A stretch of 57,563 nt of DNA from Bacillales bacterium (GTDB taxonomy: Bacteria; Bacillota; Bacilli; JARBTR01). A program made the position numbers and the translations under genes. The notes beneath the pieces are model-generated. The model was not told the DNA's origin. It saw only the letters and a list, made by a program, of their open reading frames with translations, and made no database searches. The stretch spans positions 1-57,563 of the forward strand of contig JAVBKB010000018.1 in the NCBI GenBank assembly GCA_031554275.1. Direction: 5' to 3'. Below, piece after piece: positions 38,363 through 48,462 of this stretch (the first letter of the stretch is position 1; every line of letters starts with the position of its first letter).

Positions 38363-40330
38363 TTATTCTCTCCCCTCGTAATAGGTCTCAATTGCTTGGT
38401 GGACAAGCTTCTCTGCTTCCTCAATTGTTTTGTTTTGCAATTGAGCTGCAGCATTCGTTAAGTGACCACCACCACCAAGTTCCTCCATAATCAATTGAAC
38501 GTTGACTTCTCCAAGTGATCTACTACTGATAGCAATCATGTTCTCATTACATCTTCCAATTACCAAAGATGCTGCCACATCCTCCATGGTAAGCAACGAA
38601 TCAGCAGCCTTCGCGATCTGAACTTGCTTATAATTAAGGTTATTTTCACCAGTTGCAATGACCACTCCATTTTTGTAGAAATAAACATTCTCAATAAGCT
38701 TGTTTCGTTCAACGACTTGTTCGATATCTTCTTTAAAAATATTTTGTATCAGCGTAGGGTCCGCACCATGGAATCTTAAGTAAGATGCTGCATCAAATGT
38801 CCTTGCGCCAGTCCGTAATGTAAATGATTTTGTATCCATCACGATTCCAGCAAGTAATGCAGTTGCTTCAAATATTTCCAGCTTCTTCAAGTTCGGATGA
38901 TATTCAATCAGTTCTGAAACCAACTCCGCAGTAGATGAGGCATATGGCTCCATGTAAGTAAGAATTGGGTTGTTTATCACTTCTTCACCACGTCTGTGGT
39001 GATCAATCACAACCACTTTGTTAATTTCTTTGAGTAATTTTTCCTCAATAACAAGTGATGGTTTGTGGGTGTCGATAATAATTAGCAGCGTTTTTTCTGT
39101 AACGAGGTCTAGTGCCGCTTCTCCAGAAACAAACTTTTTGAAAATGGATGGATGCTTCTCCACCTCTTCTAATAGGTTTTCAACACTGGAATCCATTTCA
39201 GATTTATCCATCACAACGTAAGCAGGTCGATCATTGACCTCCGCCACTTTCAGCAAGCCGATCGCTGGCCCGTAGACATCTAGGTCAGGATGCTTATGCC
39301 CCATAATAATAACATTTTCACTATCAATAATTAAGTCCCGAAGCGCATGGGATATTACCCGAGCCCGTACACGAGTACGCTTGCCAGTTGGACTGGTTTT
39401 TCCACCATAGAATCTTGCCTTACCATTTAACATCTTGATGACTGCTTGATCTCCGCCCCTGCCAAGTGCTAGATCTAGACTAGATTGAGCTAATACACCA
39501 AGTTCGTTTAAAGAGTCCACTCCACTTCCCACACCAATACTAAGGGTTAGCGGAACATTATTTTTCATTGTTGTTACGCGAATCTCATCGAGAATATTGA
39601 ACTTAGTTTTCTCTAGCTGCTCCAAGGTTTTCTCATTAAGAATGGCAACAAAACGATCTGAAGATACACGTCGCAAGAAGATTTCATTCTCCTTTGCCCA
39701 TTTCATAATTTCAGATGTAAAAATATTTTGGACACTACTCTTTTTTTGATCATCCATTCCTTGAGTAAGGTCATCATAATTATCTAAGAAAAGCATGCAG
39801 ATAACTGGTTTTTCTTCCCGATATTTTTTGGAAAGTTCTTTTAAGTCTGTCACATCAGTTAAATAAATTAAGCACTGTTTCTTCTTATGCTGGATCTTGT
39901 AATATCGACCATCAATGTTGATTTCATCATCTTCAGTTTTCTTCAAGATGAAAGGTAGGATATCGTCAGACAAATCACTTAATTGTTTGCCGACTTCCAC
40001 CTTTTCCTCAAAAACATCCTGCATATATCGATTTGACCATTCAATTTCTCGATTTTCATTGTATAAAAGGACGCCTGTTGGTAATTCTGCAATTGCCTCT
40101 TCACTTATTTCGTTAAACCTTTGTGAAAAGGTCTGAATGAAATCCTCCGCTTCACTTCTAAATAACATCTCAGCGCGAATAACAAAATAAGAAATGATCA
40201 TAAGAGCAACAAGTGCTAATATTGACAATGTCTTACTGTGAAACGAAAGTAAGCCAGCAATAATTAAACTTACAATAATCAATAAGTACAACAGATACCT
40301 ATTGCCAGTTTTCTTCAAAAAAGATGGCAT
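38363..40330 (-). CDS. gdpP: Cyclic-di-AMP phosphodiesterase GdpP (YybT): 2 TM, PAS-like, degenerate GGDEF, DHH/DHHA1
   Basis: 655 aa. DHH-family motifs [24 protein letters not shown]. Conserved position between rpsR and rplI. Confidence 0.9.
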   Translation of the reverse strand: MPSFLKKTGNRYLLYLLIIVSLIIAGLLSFHSKTLSILALVALMIISYFVIRAEMLFRSEAEDFIQTFSQRFNEISEEAIAELPTGVLLYNENREIEWSNRYMQDVFEEKVEVGKQLSDLSDDILPFILKKTEDDEINIDGRYYKIQHKKKQCLIYLTDVTDLKELSKKYREEKPVICMLFLDNYDDLTQGMDDQKKSSVQNIFTSEIMKWAKENEIFLRRVSSDRFVAILNEKTLEQLEKTKFNILDEIRVTTMKNNVPLTLSIGVGSGVDSLNELGVLAQSSLDLALGRGGDQAVIKMLNGKARFYGGKTSPTGKRTRVRARVISHALRDLIIDSENVIIMGHKHPDLDVYGPAIGLLKVAEVNDRPAYVVMDKSEMDSSVENLLEEVEKHPSIFKKFVSGEAALDLVTEKTLLIIIDTHKPSLVIEEKLLKEINKVVVIDHHRRGEEVINNPILTYMEPYASSTAELVSELIEYHPNLKKLEIFEATALLAGIVMDTKSFTLRTGARTFDAASYLRFHGADPTLIQNIFKEDIEQVVERNKLIENVYFYKNGVVIATGENNLNYKQVQIAKAADSLLTMEDVAASLVIGRCNENMIAISSRSLGEVNVQLIMEELGGGGHLTNAAAQLQNKTIEEAEKLVHQAIETYYEGRE

Positions 40331-40488
40331 CTACATTACCTCCTTTTATCTATTGGTTTGCTGAAATTTGTAGGAGTACGGATGTTTAGATTTTCTAGTA
40401 CACTAAAAACCATTTATGATAATTTTCAAAAAAGTAAGTATTTTAATTATACCCGAACTTTTTGATAAATGAATATATTTTTGCCAAA

Positions 40489-40528
40489 ATAAAAACTGAA
40501 GCGTGGATTGGTCCATAACTTCAGTTTC
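40489..40528 (-). terminator. Terminator after rpsR
   Basis: Minus strand reads AAACTGAAG...CTTCAGTTT followed by TTATTTT. Confidence 0.6.
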
Positions 40529-40538
40529 AATCTAATTA

Positions 40539-40781
40539 TTATCTTTCCTCAGCAACGAATGGAAGTAATGCCACAACTCTTGAACGCTTGATTGCAATTG
40601 TCAACTTGCGTTGGAATTTAGCTCTTGTTCCAGTCACACGACGTGGAAGAATTTTCCCTCTTTCAGAAATGAATTTCTTTAAGAGCTCTATATCCTTGTA
40701 ATCGATATGTGTAATTCCATTAGCAGTGAAGTAACATACTTTCTTACGCTTTTGACGTCCGCCTTTACGGATGTTAGCCAT
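40539..40781 (-). CDS. rpsR: 30S ribosomal protein S18
   Basis: Start moved to [30 protein letters not shown]. Confidence 0.95.
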   Translation of the reverse strand: MANIRKGGRQKRKKVCYFTANGITHIDYKDIELLKKFISERGKILPRRVTGTRAKFQRKLTIAIKRSRVVALLPFVAEER

Positions 40782-40845
40782 AGTTTTCAACCTGCCTTTC
40801 TACAGTTTAATTCGTTCAATTCAAGAATTTGATTAAACGAAAATG

Positions 40846-41346
40846 TTAGAACGGAAGATCATCCTCTGAAATATCAATCTTCTGACCATTATTTGCAAAA
40901 GGATCTTCGTCCATTTTTGTATAACTTTGATTTTGATTTTGATTTTGGTTTGAGTTTTGGTACGGATCAGATCCATAGTTTGGACCCGGATCATTGTATC
41001 CAAAGTTACTATTTGCATTAGAAGTTCCTTTTGGCTCCAGAAACTGCACGCTTTCAGCGACAACTTCTGTCATATACACACGTTTCCCATCCTGGCCTTC
41101 ATAATGACGCACTTGCATTTTGCCATCAATACCAACTAAACTGCCTTTATGTAAATATTGATTTACCGTTTCAGCTTGGCGGCGCCATACAACAATCGGA
41201 ATGAAATCCGCTTCGCGCTCCCCTTGATTATTGGTAAATGTGCGATTTACTGCAATGGTGAAATTGGCAATTGGCACACCCGTGTTTGTCATTTTGAATT
41301 CTGGATCTTTTGTTAATCGGCCGACTAGTACTACTCTATTCAACAT
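40846..41346 (-). CDS. ssb: Single-stranded DNA-binding protein
   Basis: Start moved to [16 protein letters not shown]. Acidic tip DISEDDLPF. Confidence 0.95.
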   Translation of the reverse strand: MLNRVVLVGRLTKDPEFKMTNTGVPIANFTIAVNRTFTNNQGEREADFIPIVVWRRQAETVNQYLHKGSLVGIDGKMQVRHYEGQDGKRVYMTEVVAESVQFLEPKGTSNANSNFGYNDPGPNYGSDPYQNSNQNQNQNQSYTKMDEDPFANNGQKIDISEDDLPF

Positions 41347-41408
41347 GCAAATCAACTCCGTTTGCTTTATACATAATTCATTAAAAACTAGCACCAAAGT
41401 GCTTGATA

Positions 41409-41699
41409 TTACTCTTCTTCTCTAACGATTAAGTGACGAATGATATCTTCGCTAATTTTCGCAAGACGATCGAACTCTTGCGTAGCTTTTGCTTGATTAG
41501 CTTGAAGCTTGATAATCATGTAGTGCCCGTCACGAAAATCATTGATTTCATAGGCTAAACGACGTTTACCCCAATCTTTTGTTTCAAGAAGCTCTGCATC
41601 ATTTTCTGAAATAACGTTATTAAAACGTTCTACCAATGCAGTTTTCTCTTCTTCTTCAATGTTTGGACGGATGATATACATAATCTCGTATTTTGTCAT
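41409..41699 (-). CDS. rpsF: 30S ribosomal protein S6
   Basis: Start moved to [17 protein letters not shown], with RBS AAGGAGGTG. Confidence 0.95.
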   Translation of the reverse strand: MTKYEIMYIIRPNIEEEEKTALVERFNNVISENDAELLETKDWGKRRLAYEINDFRDGHYMIIKLQANQAKATQEFDRLAKISEDIIRHLIVREEE

Positions 41700-41775
41700 C
41701 CTGTACACCTCCTTTTGGTCTAAGCGGCCCATTTAAGGGCAAGGAGTAATAAATTACTCGCGAACATAAACTATA
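41700..41775 (-). promoter_or_regulatory. Possible structured rpsF 5' leader (autoregulatory S6:S18-type)
   Basis: On the minus strand, hairpin GAGTAAT-TT-ATTACTC and a GC-rich CCCTTAAATGGGCCGC segment lie just 5' of the RBS. The identification is tentative. Confidence 0.3.
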
Positions 41776-42077
41776 CCACAACACTACTATATTTTTCAAT
41801 CTTTATCTAAAAAATTTGCGTCATAACTGAAAAAAATATGATTTATCCAAAATAACTACTTAAGTGGCTTCCTAAGGGAAACGTATTAACAGAAGAAAGT
41901 ACTAAGTGATGAAAATACAGACTGACTTAAAATCAAAATGAACAAGCACTTAATTGGAAAAGCGGCTAGAAATTCAAAGCGCTTTCAAATCACGGTGTGA
42001 CTTCCACAGTGATCTTCGCAAGTCTTTGGGAATCTTAGCGAGTTTTAAGTTGCATTTCTAACGACAATTAGGATTAA

Positions 42078-43178
42078 TTACACATTGAACCTAAAATGCA
42101 TAATGTCGCCATCCTTCACTTCGTATTCCTTACCCTCAAGTCTAACTTTTCCTGCTTCTTTTGCAGCATTCATCGAACCGTATTGAACAAGATCTGCGTA
42201 GGAAACAGTTTCTGCTCTGATAAAGCCTCGTTCAAAGTCGGTATGAATGACACCTGCACAAGCTGGCGCCTTCATTCCCTTTCGAAAAGTCCATGCCCGA
42301 ACTTCTTGTACGCCTGCTGTGAAATAAGTTGCTAGCCCAAGCAGATTGTAGGCAGCTCGAATCAATTGATCCAAACCTGACTCTTTGATCCCGATTTCCT
42401 CAAGAAACATTTGTTTCTCTTCATTTTCTAATTCGGCAATTTCGCTTTCGATTTTCGCACAAATCACGATGACCTCTGCATTCTCTTTCAGCGCAAATTC
42501 TCGCACCAATTTAACATATTGATTATTGGAAGCATCTGCCACCTCGTCTTCAGATACATTTGCGACATATAAAACTGGTTTGATCGTGAGCAGATGAAGA
42601 GCCTTGACATATTTCAATTGCTCATCAGTGAACTCCAAAGAGCGAGCAGGTTTTTCTGCCTCAAATGCATCACGAAGAATCATTAATGCTTCATTCTCGA
42701 TTACCGCTTCCTTATCTTTCTGCTTGGCAAGCTTCCCGACTCTTTCAATCCTTCTTTCAACGGATTCCATATCGGCTAGAATTAATTCAAGGTTGATTGT
42801 ATCTATATCAGAAAGAGGATCTACTTTTCCGGAAACATGCGTGATGTTCTCATCTGCAAAACATCTGACCACATGGCAAATTGCTTCAACATTTCGAATA
42901 TGTGCTAGAAACTTATTTCCAAGTCCTTCGCCTTTGCTTGCTCCCTTCACAATCCCTGCAATATCTGTAAATTCAAAAGCTGTAGGGATCGTTTTTTTAG
43001 GAACAACTAGCTCTGTTAATTTTTGCAAGCGATAATCAGGTACTTCTACGATTCCAACATTTGGGTCAATTGTGCAAAATGGGTAGTTCGCCATTTCTGC
43101 TCCTGCTTGGGTGATTGCGTTAAACAAAGTTGATTTTCCTACATTAGGTAGTCCAACAATTCCTGCTGTTAATGCCAT
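42078..43178 (-). CDS. ychF: Ribosome-binding ATPase YchF
   Basis: MALTAGIVGLPNVGKSTLFNAIT. C-terminal TGS-like domain ending DGDIMHFRFNV. Confidence 0.95.
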   Translation of the reverse strand: MALTAGIVGLPNVGKSTLFNAITQAGAEMANYPFCTIDPNVGIVEVPDYRLQKLTELVVPKKTIPTAFEFTDIAGIVKGASKGEGLGNKFLAHIRNVEAICHVVRCFADENITHVSGKVDPLSDIDTINLELILADMESVERRIERVGKLAKQKDKEAVIENEALMILRDAFEAEKPARSLEFTDEQLKYVKALHLLTIKPVLYVANVSEDEVADASNNQYVKLVREFALKENAEVIVICAKIESEIAELENEEKQMFLEEIGIKESGLDQLIRAAYNLLGLATYFTAGVQEVRAWTFRKGMKAPACAGVIHTDFERGFIRAETVSYADLVQYGSMNAAKEAGKVRLEGKEYEVKDGDIMHFRFNV

Positions 43179-43247
43179 AATTTATCTCCTTGTTCATTAC
43201 TTATTTTTTATCTATTCATGATTTGATTTCTACTGACAAAGATTCGT

Positions 43248-43445
43248 TTATTCGGATGCGTGTTCCAAAACCTTCTTCATCTTACGAGTGAATTCTTTTC
43301 TTGGAATAAGAACACTGTGTGCGCAGCCTTCGCATTTAATCCGAATATCCATACCTAGTCGAATAATTTTCCATCGATTGGTACCACAAGGGTGTGGCTT
43401 TTTCATTTCAACTATATCACTCAGGTTGAAAATTTTCTCATCCAT
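43248..43445 (-). CDS. DUF951-family small protein
   Basis: 65 aa. VEMKKPHPCG...W.I.R.GMDIRIKC..C motif and a conserved position next to ychF. Confidence 0.7.
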   Translation of the reverse strand: MDEKIFNLSDIVEMKKPHPCGTNRWKIIRLGMDIRIKCEGCAHSVLIPRKEFTRKMKKVLEHASE

Positions 43446-43448
43446 AAC

Positions 43449-44021
43449 TTATACACCTTTTTTCTTAACTGATAAATTTGTGACAAAGGTTATATTTCCA
43501 TTTGGAATGATGTAACGGCTACCCACATTATTGTCAATCAATTTAGTTGTTCGCAAGCCTATTTCTTCTACAGTACCTTCAAAAGTATTAATAATTACAG
43601 TATCACCTACGGCAAACTGATTTTCAAAAAAAATTAGAAATCCTGCAATAATGTCCTTAATCAAATTTTGAGCGCCAAACCCGATAATGATTCCTAACAA
43701 ACCAGCTCCTGCAAGAATCTTAATCATCTCAATTCCCATTGCCGAAAGTATTGCTAGAAATGCTAGAAAACGAACAATGTATGAAGCGCTACTTTCAAGA
43801 AGCTTTTGAATGGTTTTGCTTCGTTTTAAAGGAATCTGTTTTAAAGTCCTTGTTTTGACTTTTATCAATCTTCTGATTAATGATTTCACAATTCTTAATA
43901 TTACTTCAGAAACGATTATAATTACAATAATTTTGATAATTGTATTTCCTATCGATAGCCAAGTATCACTATTTAGCAGTGTCGTTTTAATTGATTCAAA
44001 TAAGTCAGTTTGCGCTCCCAT
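43449..44021 (-). CDS. Small MscS-family mechanosensitive channel protein
   Basis: GIIIGFGAQNLIKDIIAGFLIFFENQFAVGDTV...GTVEEIGLRTTKL...IPNG. Confidence 0.8.
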   Translation of the reverse strand: MGAQTDLFESIKTTLLNSDTWLSIGNTIIKIIVIIIVSEVILRIVKSLIRRLIKVKTRTLKQIPLKRSKTIQKLLESSASYIVRFLAFLAILSAMGIEMIKILAGAGLLGIIIGFGAQNLIKDIIAGFLIFFENQFAVGDTVIINTFEGTVEEIGLRTTKLIDNNVGSRYIIPNGNITFVTNLSVKKKGV

Positions 44022-44039
44022 CTTTTCACACCTCTTTCA

Positions 44040-44747
44040 CTATTTAAATGCATTTAACGCAATCACGATGATTGTGCAAAACACCAAACTAGGCAATAGG
44101 TTAGCTACTTTTAGTTTAATGACTTCTATCAGATTTAGTCCAATCGCGATGATAAGCACACCACCAGTTACTGTAATAATGCTTGTGATTTGATCTAATA
44201 ACTCTGGGGATACGAATTTATCTATTTGCGTTGCCATTAGAGCAAGAGATCCTTGATATAACACGACTGGGATTGCGGATAGCGCCACCCCAAAACCGAG
44301 TGTAGAGGTTAGTATTATCGAGGTCACCCCATCGATGATTGCCTTAGTATATAGAACGCCATGGTCATTTGCCAATCCACTATTCAGAGCACCCACAACT
44401 GCCATTGCACCAACTACATAAAGAATCGAGGCAGCGACAAAGGCTTTCGATATATTTGATTCAGATTTAGAGAATTTGCTTTCCACCCAGTGACCCAGTC
44501 GTAATACTTGCCGGTCTATGTCTAGCAATTCTCCAACCAATGTCCCGATTGAAAGACTTATTAGTACAATCAGAAATTGATCCTGCTTCATTTGTAAAGC
44601 CATTTGAATCCCCAAAACCGCAACAAAGAGTCCATTAACTTTCAATATTGATGCTCTTATGTTTTCTGGCATGTTGCTTGCAACCAGTCCAATAATTGCT
44701 CCAATTACGATACAAGCACCATTCACTAGCGTTCCTAATAACGCCAT
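44040..44747 (-). CDS. DUF554-family membrane protein (YdfK/YqgA-like)
   Basis: MALLGTLVNGACIVIGAIIGL in a polytopic 235-aa protein. Confidence 0.75.
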   Translation of the reverse strand: MALLGTLVNGACIVIGAIIGLVASNMPENIRASILKVNGLFVAVLGIQMALQMKQDQFLIVLISLSIGTLVGELLDIDRQVLRLGHWVESKFSKSESNISKAFVAASILYVVGAMAVVGALNSGLANDHGVLYTKAIIDGVTSIILTSTLGFGVALSAIPVVLYQGSLALMATQIDKFVSPELLDQITSIITVTGGVLIIAIGLNLIEVIKLKVANLLPSLVFCTIIVIALNAFK

Positions 44748-44981
44748 CTAATCACCTTCCCATAATATCATGCCAACTATTCTACTACGATTCTTAGTGA
44801 AAATCACTTGCTGTTTGAATCATAATACAATTGTATCCTTTGCGTTACTCTTTCCTGGAACAAACACAGTTGCTAAAACCAGCGGGAGCCAAACGATTAA
44901 GTTCTGACTCCGGGCTACCTATCTCCTTTGACTTTCATGAAAACACCTGCTTATTCAAGATAAACAGGTTTTTTGAATCAT

Positions 44982-44997
44982 TGTTCCACGTGGAACT
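44982..44997. promoter_or_regulatory. parS site (Spo0J/ParB binding)
   Basis: TGTTCCACGTGGAACT matches 15 of 16 positions of the palindrome. It lies immediately 3' of the spo0J stop codon. Confidence 0.75.
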
Positions 44998-45867
44998 TTA
45001 TTTGTTTAGTATGTTTAATATTCTTTCCAAATCTTCTAGAGATAAAAAGTCGATTTCTATATTACCCTTATTTTGATTTAGGTTAATTGCAACCTTTGTG
45101 CCCAACTTCTCTCTTAACAATCCAGTTTGTTCTTTAACATAGTAGTCCTCAATTGTAGGCTTCTTTACAATTCTTTTGCTTGTTGCTTTCTTCTTATCTG
45201 GGTCGGTCAAAGCCTTTTCTAACTCACGCACACTCATCTGCTCAGAAGCGACTCGCATTGCGAGCTTTCTCATATGTGCTTCATCCTTTAAACCCAGTAA
45301 TACTTTCGCATGACCAAATGAAATTGCGCCATCTGAGACTTGTATTTTCAATTCCGCAGGAAGTGTTAGTAATCGAAGGTGATTGGCGATATGGGATCGG
45401 CTTTTGCCCATTCGTTCAGCTATCATTTCCTGAGTATAGTTTAGTTTATCCATGATGTTCTGATAAGCTTCTGCTTCTTCCATAGGTGAGAGGTCTTCTC
45501 TTTGCAAATTTTCTAGAAGTGCCACTTCCATCATTTGCGAATCATTAAAGTCCTTTAACACTGCTGGAACTTCATCAAGACCAGCTAACTTTGCAGCCCG
45601 AAATCTCCGCTCTCCAGCAATTATTTCATAACCCTTGATGGAGCTCTTTCTAACGATTAGAGGCTGAATTATACCGTTTTCAATAATTGACTTCTTCAAT
45701 TCTTCAAGTGCTGTCTCATTGAAAGTTTTTCGAGGTTGATAAGGATTGGCTCTTAGCTGGACAACTGGAATCTGTAGTACTACATCTGAATTGTCCGAAG
45801 CCTCAAATTGCTCAACCTGGAAAAGGGAATCAAGTCCTCTTCCTAATCCTCTGGAGGCTTTAGCCAT
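44998..45867 (-). CDS. spo0J: Chromosome partitioning protein ParB/Spo0J
   Basis: MAKASRGLGRGLDSLF...ANPYQPRKTF...IIAGERRFRAAKLAGL...HIANHLRLLTLP. The ATG overlaps the soj stop. Confidence 0.93.
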   Translation of the reverse strand: MAKASRGLGRGLDSLFQVEQFEASDNSDVVLQIPVVQLRANPYQPRKTFNETALEELKKSIIENGIIQPLIVRKSSIKGYEIIAGERRFRAAKLAGLDEVPAVLKDFNDSQMMEVALLENLQREDLSPMEEAEAYQNIMDKLNYTQEMIAERMGKSRSHIANHLRLLTLPAELKIQVSDGAISFGHAKVLLGLKDEAHMRKLAMRVASEQMSVRELEKALTDPDKKKATSKRIVKKPTIEDYYVKEQTGLLREKLGTKVAINLNQNKGNIEIDFLSLEDLERILNILNK

Positions 45868-46624
45868 TAGCAATCACCTCTTTTGCAAGCTTCATGTAAA
45901 CTTCTGCACCCTTAGACTTTGAATCAAATGTAATTATCGGTTTCCCATGACTTGGCGCCTCGCTAAGTCGAACATTACGAGGAATAATAGTCTTGTAGAC
46001 CTTGTCTTCAAAATACTTTTTGACCTCATCAATTACTTGGTTACTAAGGTTTGTGCGCGCATCATACATTGTCATTAGGACGCCTTCTATCTTCAAGCGA
46101 CTATTCAAATGTTTTTGCACCATGCGAATAGTATTAATTAATTGAGTAAGTCCTTCGAGCGCGAAATATTCGCATTGAACAGGTATCAGAATTGAATTCG
46201 AAGCAGTTAACGCATTAAGTGTTAGCAACCCTAACGAGGGTGGGCAATCAATAATAACATAATCAAAGTTCCGTTTAACGGAGTCTATTGCTTGTTTAAG
46301 TCGAGACTCCCTTGAAACTGAATTAACTAATTCTATTTCAGCGCCTGCTAACTGAATTGTTGAAGGAATAATAAACAAATTCTCAATCTTGGTCTCTTTA
46401 ATAACCTTCTTCGCAGGCATGTCGTCTACTAATATATCATATATACAAAATCCAACTTCACCTCGTTCAACACCTACACCACTTGTTGCATTCCCTTGTG
46501 GATCGACATCTACAAGCAAAACTTTTTTCTTATTTATAGCAATACCTGTCGCTAAGTTAACCGCAGTTGTGGTTTTACCGACACCGCCTTTTTGATTAGA
46601 AATTGCAATTACTTTACCAGTCAT
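45860..46624 (-). CDS. soj: Chromosome partitioning ATPase ParA/Soj
   Basis: VIAISNQKGGVGKTTTAVNLA contains the deviant Walker A motif. Confidence 0.95.
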   Translation of the reverse strand: MTGKVIAISNQKGGVGKTTTAVNLATGIAINKKKVLLVDVDPQGNATSGVGVERGEVGFCIYDILVDDMPAKKVIKETKIENLFIIPSTIQLAGAEIELVNSVSRESRLKQAIDSVKRNFDYVIIDCPPSLGLLTLNALTASNSILIPVQCEYFALEGLTQLINTIRMVQKHLNSRLKIEGVLMTMYDARTNLSNQVIDEVKKYFEDKVYKTIIPRNVRLSEAPSHGKPIITFDSKSKGAEVYMKLAKEVIANG

Positions 46625-46682
46625 ATATATTCCCTCTTTCTTTAGTCTAACTATCTTAACATGATTTAGAATAAGTTAACAT

Positions 46683-46705
46683 AAAAAAATAGACGATTTC
46701 TCGTC
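46683..46705 (-). terminator. Terminator after noc
   Basis: Minus strand reads GACGAGAAATCGTC followed by TATTTTTTT. Confidence 0.55.
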
Positions 46706-46716
46706 AATTTAGTTTT

Positions 46717-46732
46717 TGTTCCACGTGGAACA
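46717..46732. promoter_or_regulatory. parS site, a perfect 16-bp palindrome
   Basis: TGTTCCACGTGGAACA abuts the noc stop codon (46733-46735). Confidence 0.85.
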
Positions 46733-47542
46733 TTATTTCTTCGGGATTTTTATTGTAACTTGATAGTAATCGTCAAACTCCTCTTCCTTTGATTCAACAG
46801 CGATCCCATGATCTGAAATCATTGTGATCGATTGACGCAAAGTATTAAAAGCTATTCGCATATCCCTGTTAATAATTTTTTTCAAGGGTTTTGCTGGCTC
46901 TCCGAGCTCTTCACCAGATAGTAATTTCTTAACACGAGCTTCAGTTTGAGCAACATTGAGCGATTTTTCAATTATCTCACTAACAACAGTTTGCTGTGCG
47001 GATTCATCCTTCAACGGAATTAAGGCACGGGCATGTCTCTCTGAAATCTGCTTATTCAGAACAAATTGCTGTATTGACTCTGGTAACTTCAACAAACGCA
47101 ACTTGTTTGCAATTGTAGATTGAGATACTCCTAATTGTATCGCTAAGCGCTCTTGAGTAAGCATATGGATAGCAAGAAGCTTTTCAAAAGCGAATGCTTC
47201 TTCAATTGGAGATAATTCCTCGCGCTGCAAGTTTTCAATTAACGCGATAGCAGCCGTCTCATTGTCATTCAAGTTATTTATGATAGCTGGTATTGTGGAC
47301 CACCCAAGCTTCAAAGCTGCACGCCATCTGCGTTCTCCAGCAATGATCTCAAACTTTCCATCACCTACCTCTCTCACAACAATTGGTTGAATAATGCCAT
47401 GCTGAGCTAAAGTTGCAGCTAACTCGTTGATCTTATCCTCATTGAAAACCGACCGTGGTTGAAATCTATTCGGCTTAATTGCAATAACAGAAAGTTCTTT
47501 TAAATTCTCAGACATACCGTGCATAGTGAGATCTATATTCAA
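46733..47542 (-). CDS. noc: Nucleoid occlusion protein Noc (ParB paralog); start uncertain
   Basis: [11 protein letters not shown]...IIQPIVVRE...[16 protein letters not shown]...[13 protein letters not shown]. Located between rsmG and soj as in B. subtilis. The track start is a TTG with a distant GGAG. Confidence 0.85.
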   Translation of the reverse strand: MNIDLTMHGMSENLKELSVIAIKPNRFQPRSVFNEDKINELAATLAQHGIIQPIVVREVGDGKFEIIAGERRWRAALKLGWSTIPAIINNLNDNETAAIALIENLQREELSPIEEAFAFEKLLAIHMLTQERLAIQLGVSQSTIANKLRLLKLPESIQQFVLNKQISERHARALIPLKDESAQQTVVSEIIEKSLNVAQTEARVKKLLSGEELGEPAKPLKKIINRDMRIAFNTLRQSITMISDHGIAVESKEEEFDDYYQVTIKIPKK

Positions 47543-47669
47543 GTCTTATTCCAACTCCTCTCTTAGCTCTTTTAATAATTCAGTATATAAAATAATCATT
47601 TGTACTAATTCGTAAGCGATGCAGAAATCACATTCCTAGTATACTAGACTTCAATCCACCTGTCTTCCA

Positions 47670-48383
47670 TTATTCCAATGGATCTTTAGCTGGGAGCCCA
47701 GGTCTTCGAGGATATTTGTAAGGCGTTTGACGAGATTTGCGGATAATAACGATATGCCGTTCACTTTTTTCCTCAGGAAGTGTAAAGGCAAAATCATCAA
47801 TCAACTTACCACCTAACATGTATAAAGCACCTTGAGCGGCGAGAAGCTCCTCTTCGGTATTAGAGGCCTTTAGCGCGATGAAATTGCCCCCCTTTTTTAC
47901 CAAAGGCAGGCAATACTCGCTTAGGACAGACATCCGAGCAACCGCTCTTGCTGTAACAATGTCAAAATGCTCCCGATTCCCTTCGATCCTACCAAAAGTT
48001 TCAGCGCGATCATGAACTAACCGTATCTGTGATAATCCAAGATCAGTAACTAGTGTATTTAAAAACTGTATCCGCTTATTCAACGAATCTACTATTGTAA
48101 CCTGAAGTTCAGGAAAACAAATCTTTAGCGGGATACTTGGAAATCCAGCTCCTGCACCAATATCACAAAGTGATTGGTGGTTGAACGGGAAATAAAATGC
48201 AGGCGTAACGGAATCATAGAAATGTTTGAGATACACCTCATCACTAGCGATGATGGCAGTCAAGTTGATCTTCTCATTCCACTCCACAAGCATACGAAAA
48301 TACAAATCAAATTGACTGATTTGTTGCTCAGATAAAGCAATCCCTTTTGTTCCTAACAAATCTACAAACTGATCTACTTTCAA
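47670..48383 (-). CDS. rsmG: 16S rRNA (guanine527-N7)-methyltransferase RsmG (GidB)
   Basis: Start moved to the TTG ([10 protein letters not shown]), 6 nt after GGAGAG. SAM motif [15 protein letters not shown]. Confidence 0.9.
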   Translation of the reverse strand: MKVDQFVDLLGTKGIALSEQQISQFDLYFRMLVEWNEKINLTAIIASDEVYLKHFYDSVTPAFYFPFNHQSLCDIGAGAGFPSIPLKICFPELQVTIVDSLNKRIQFLNTLVTDLGLSQIRLVHDRAETFGRIEGNREHFDIVTARAVARMSVLSEYCLPLVKKGGNFIALKASNTEEELLAAQGALYMLGGKLIDDFAFTLPEEKSERHIVIIRKSRQTPYKYPRRPGLPAKDPLE

Positions 48384-48462
48384 AACTTGCTCTCCTCTAT
48401 AACACTTAGTTCCATTATATCGCACTTGTAAAAAATTCTTCTTTTTAAAAACTTCAGCTGCC

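Noticed and set aside
40833-41063. 76-aa ORF overlapping the 3' part of ssb
   Set aside because: It is an out-of-frame product of the hexanucleotide repeat in the ssb linker.
41780-42077. Scattered ACTTAAGTG / ACTAAGTG / CACTTAATTG motifs upstream of rpsF
   Set aside because: The motifs are short and imperfect with irregular spacing. They cannot be distinguished from chance in AT-rich DNA.
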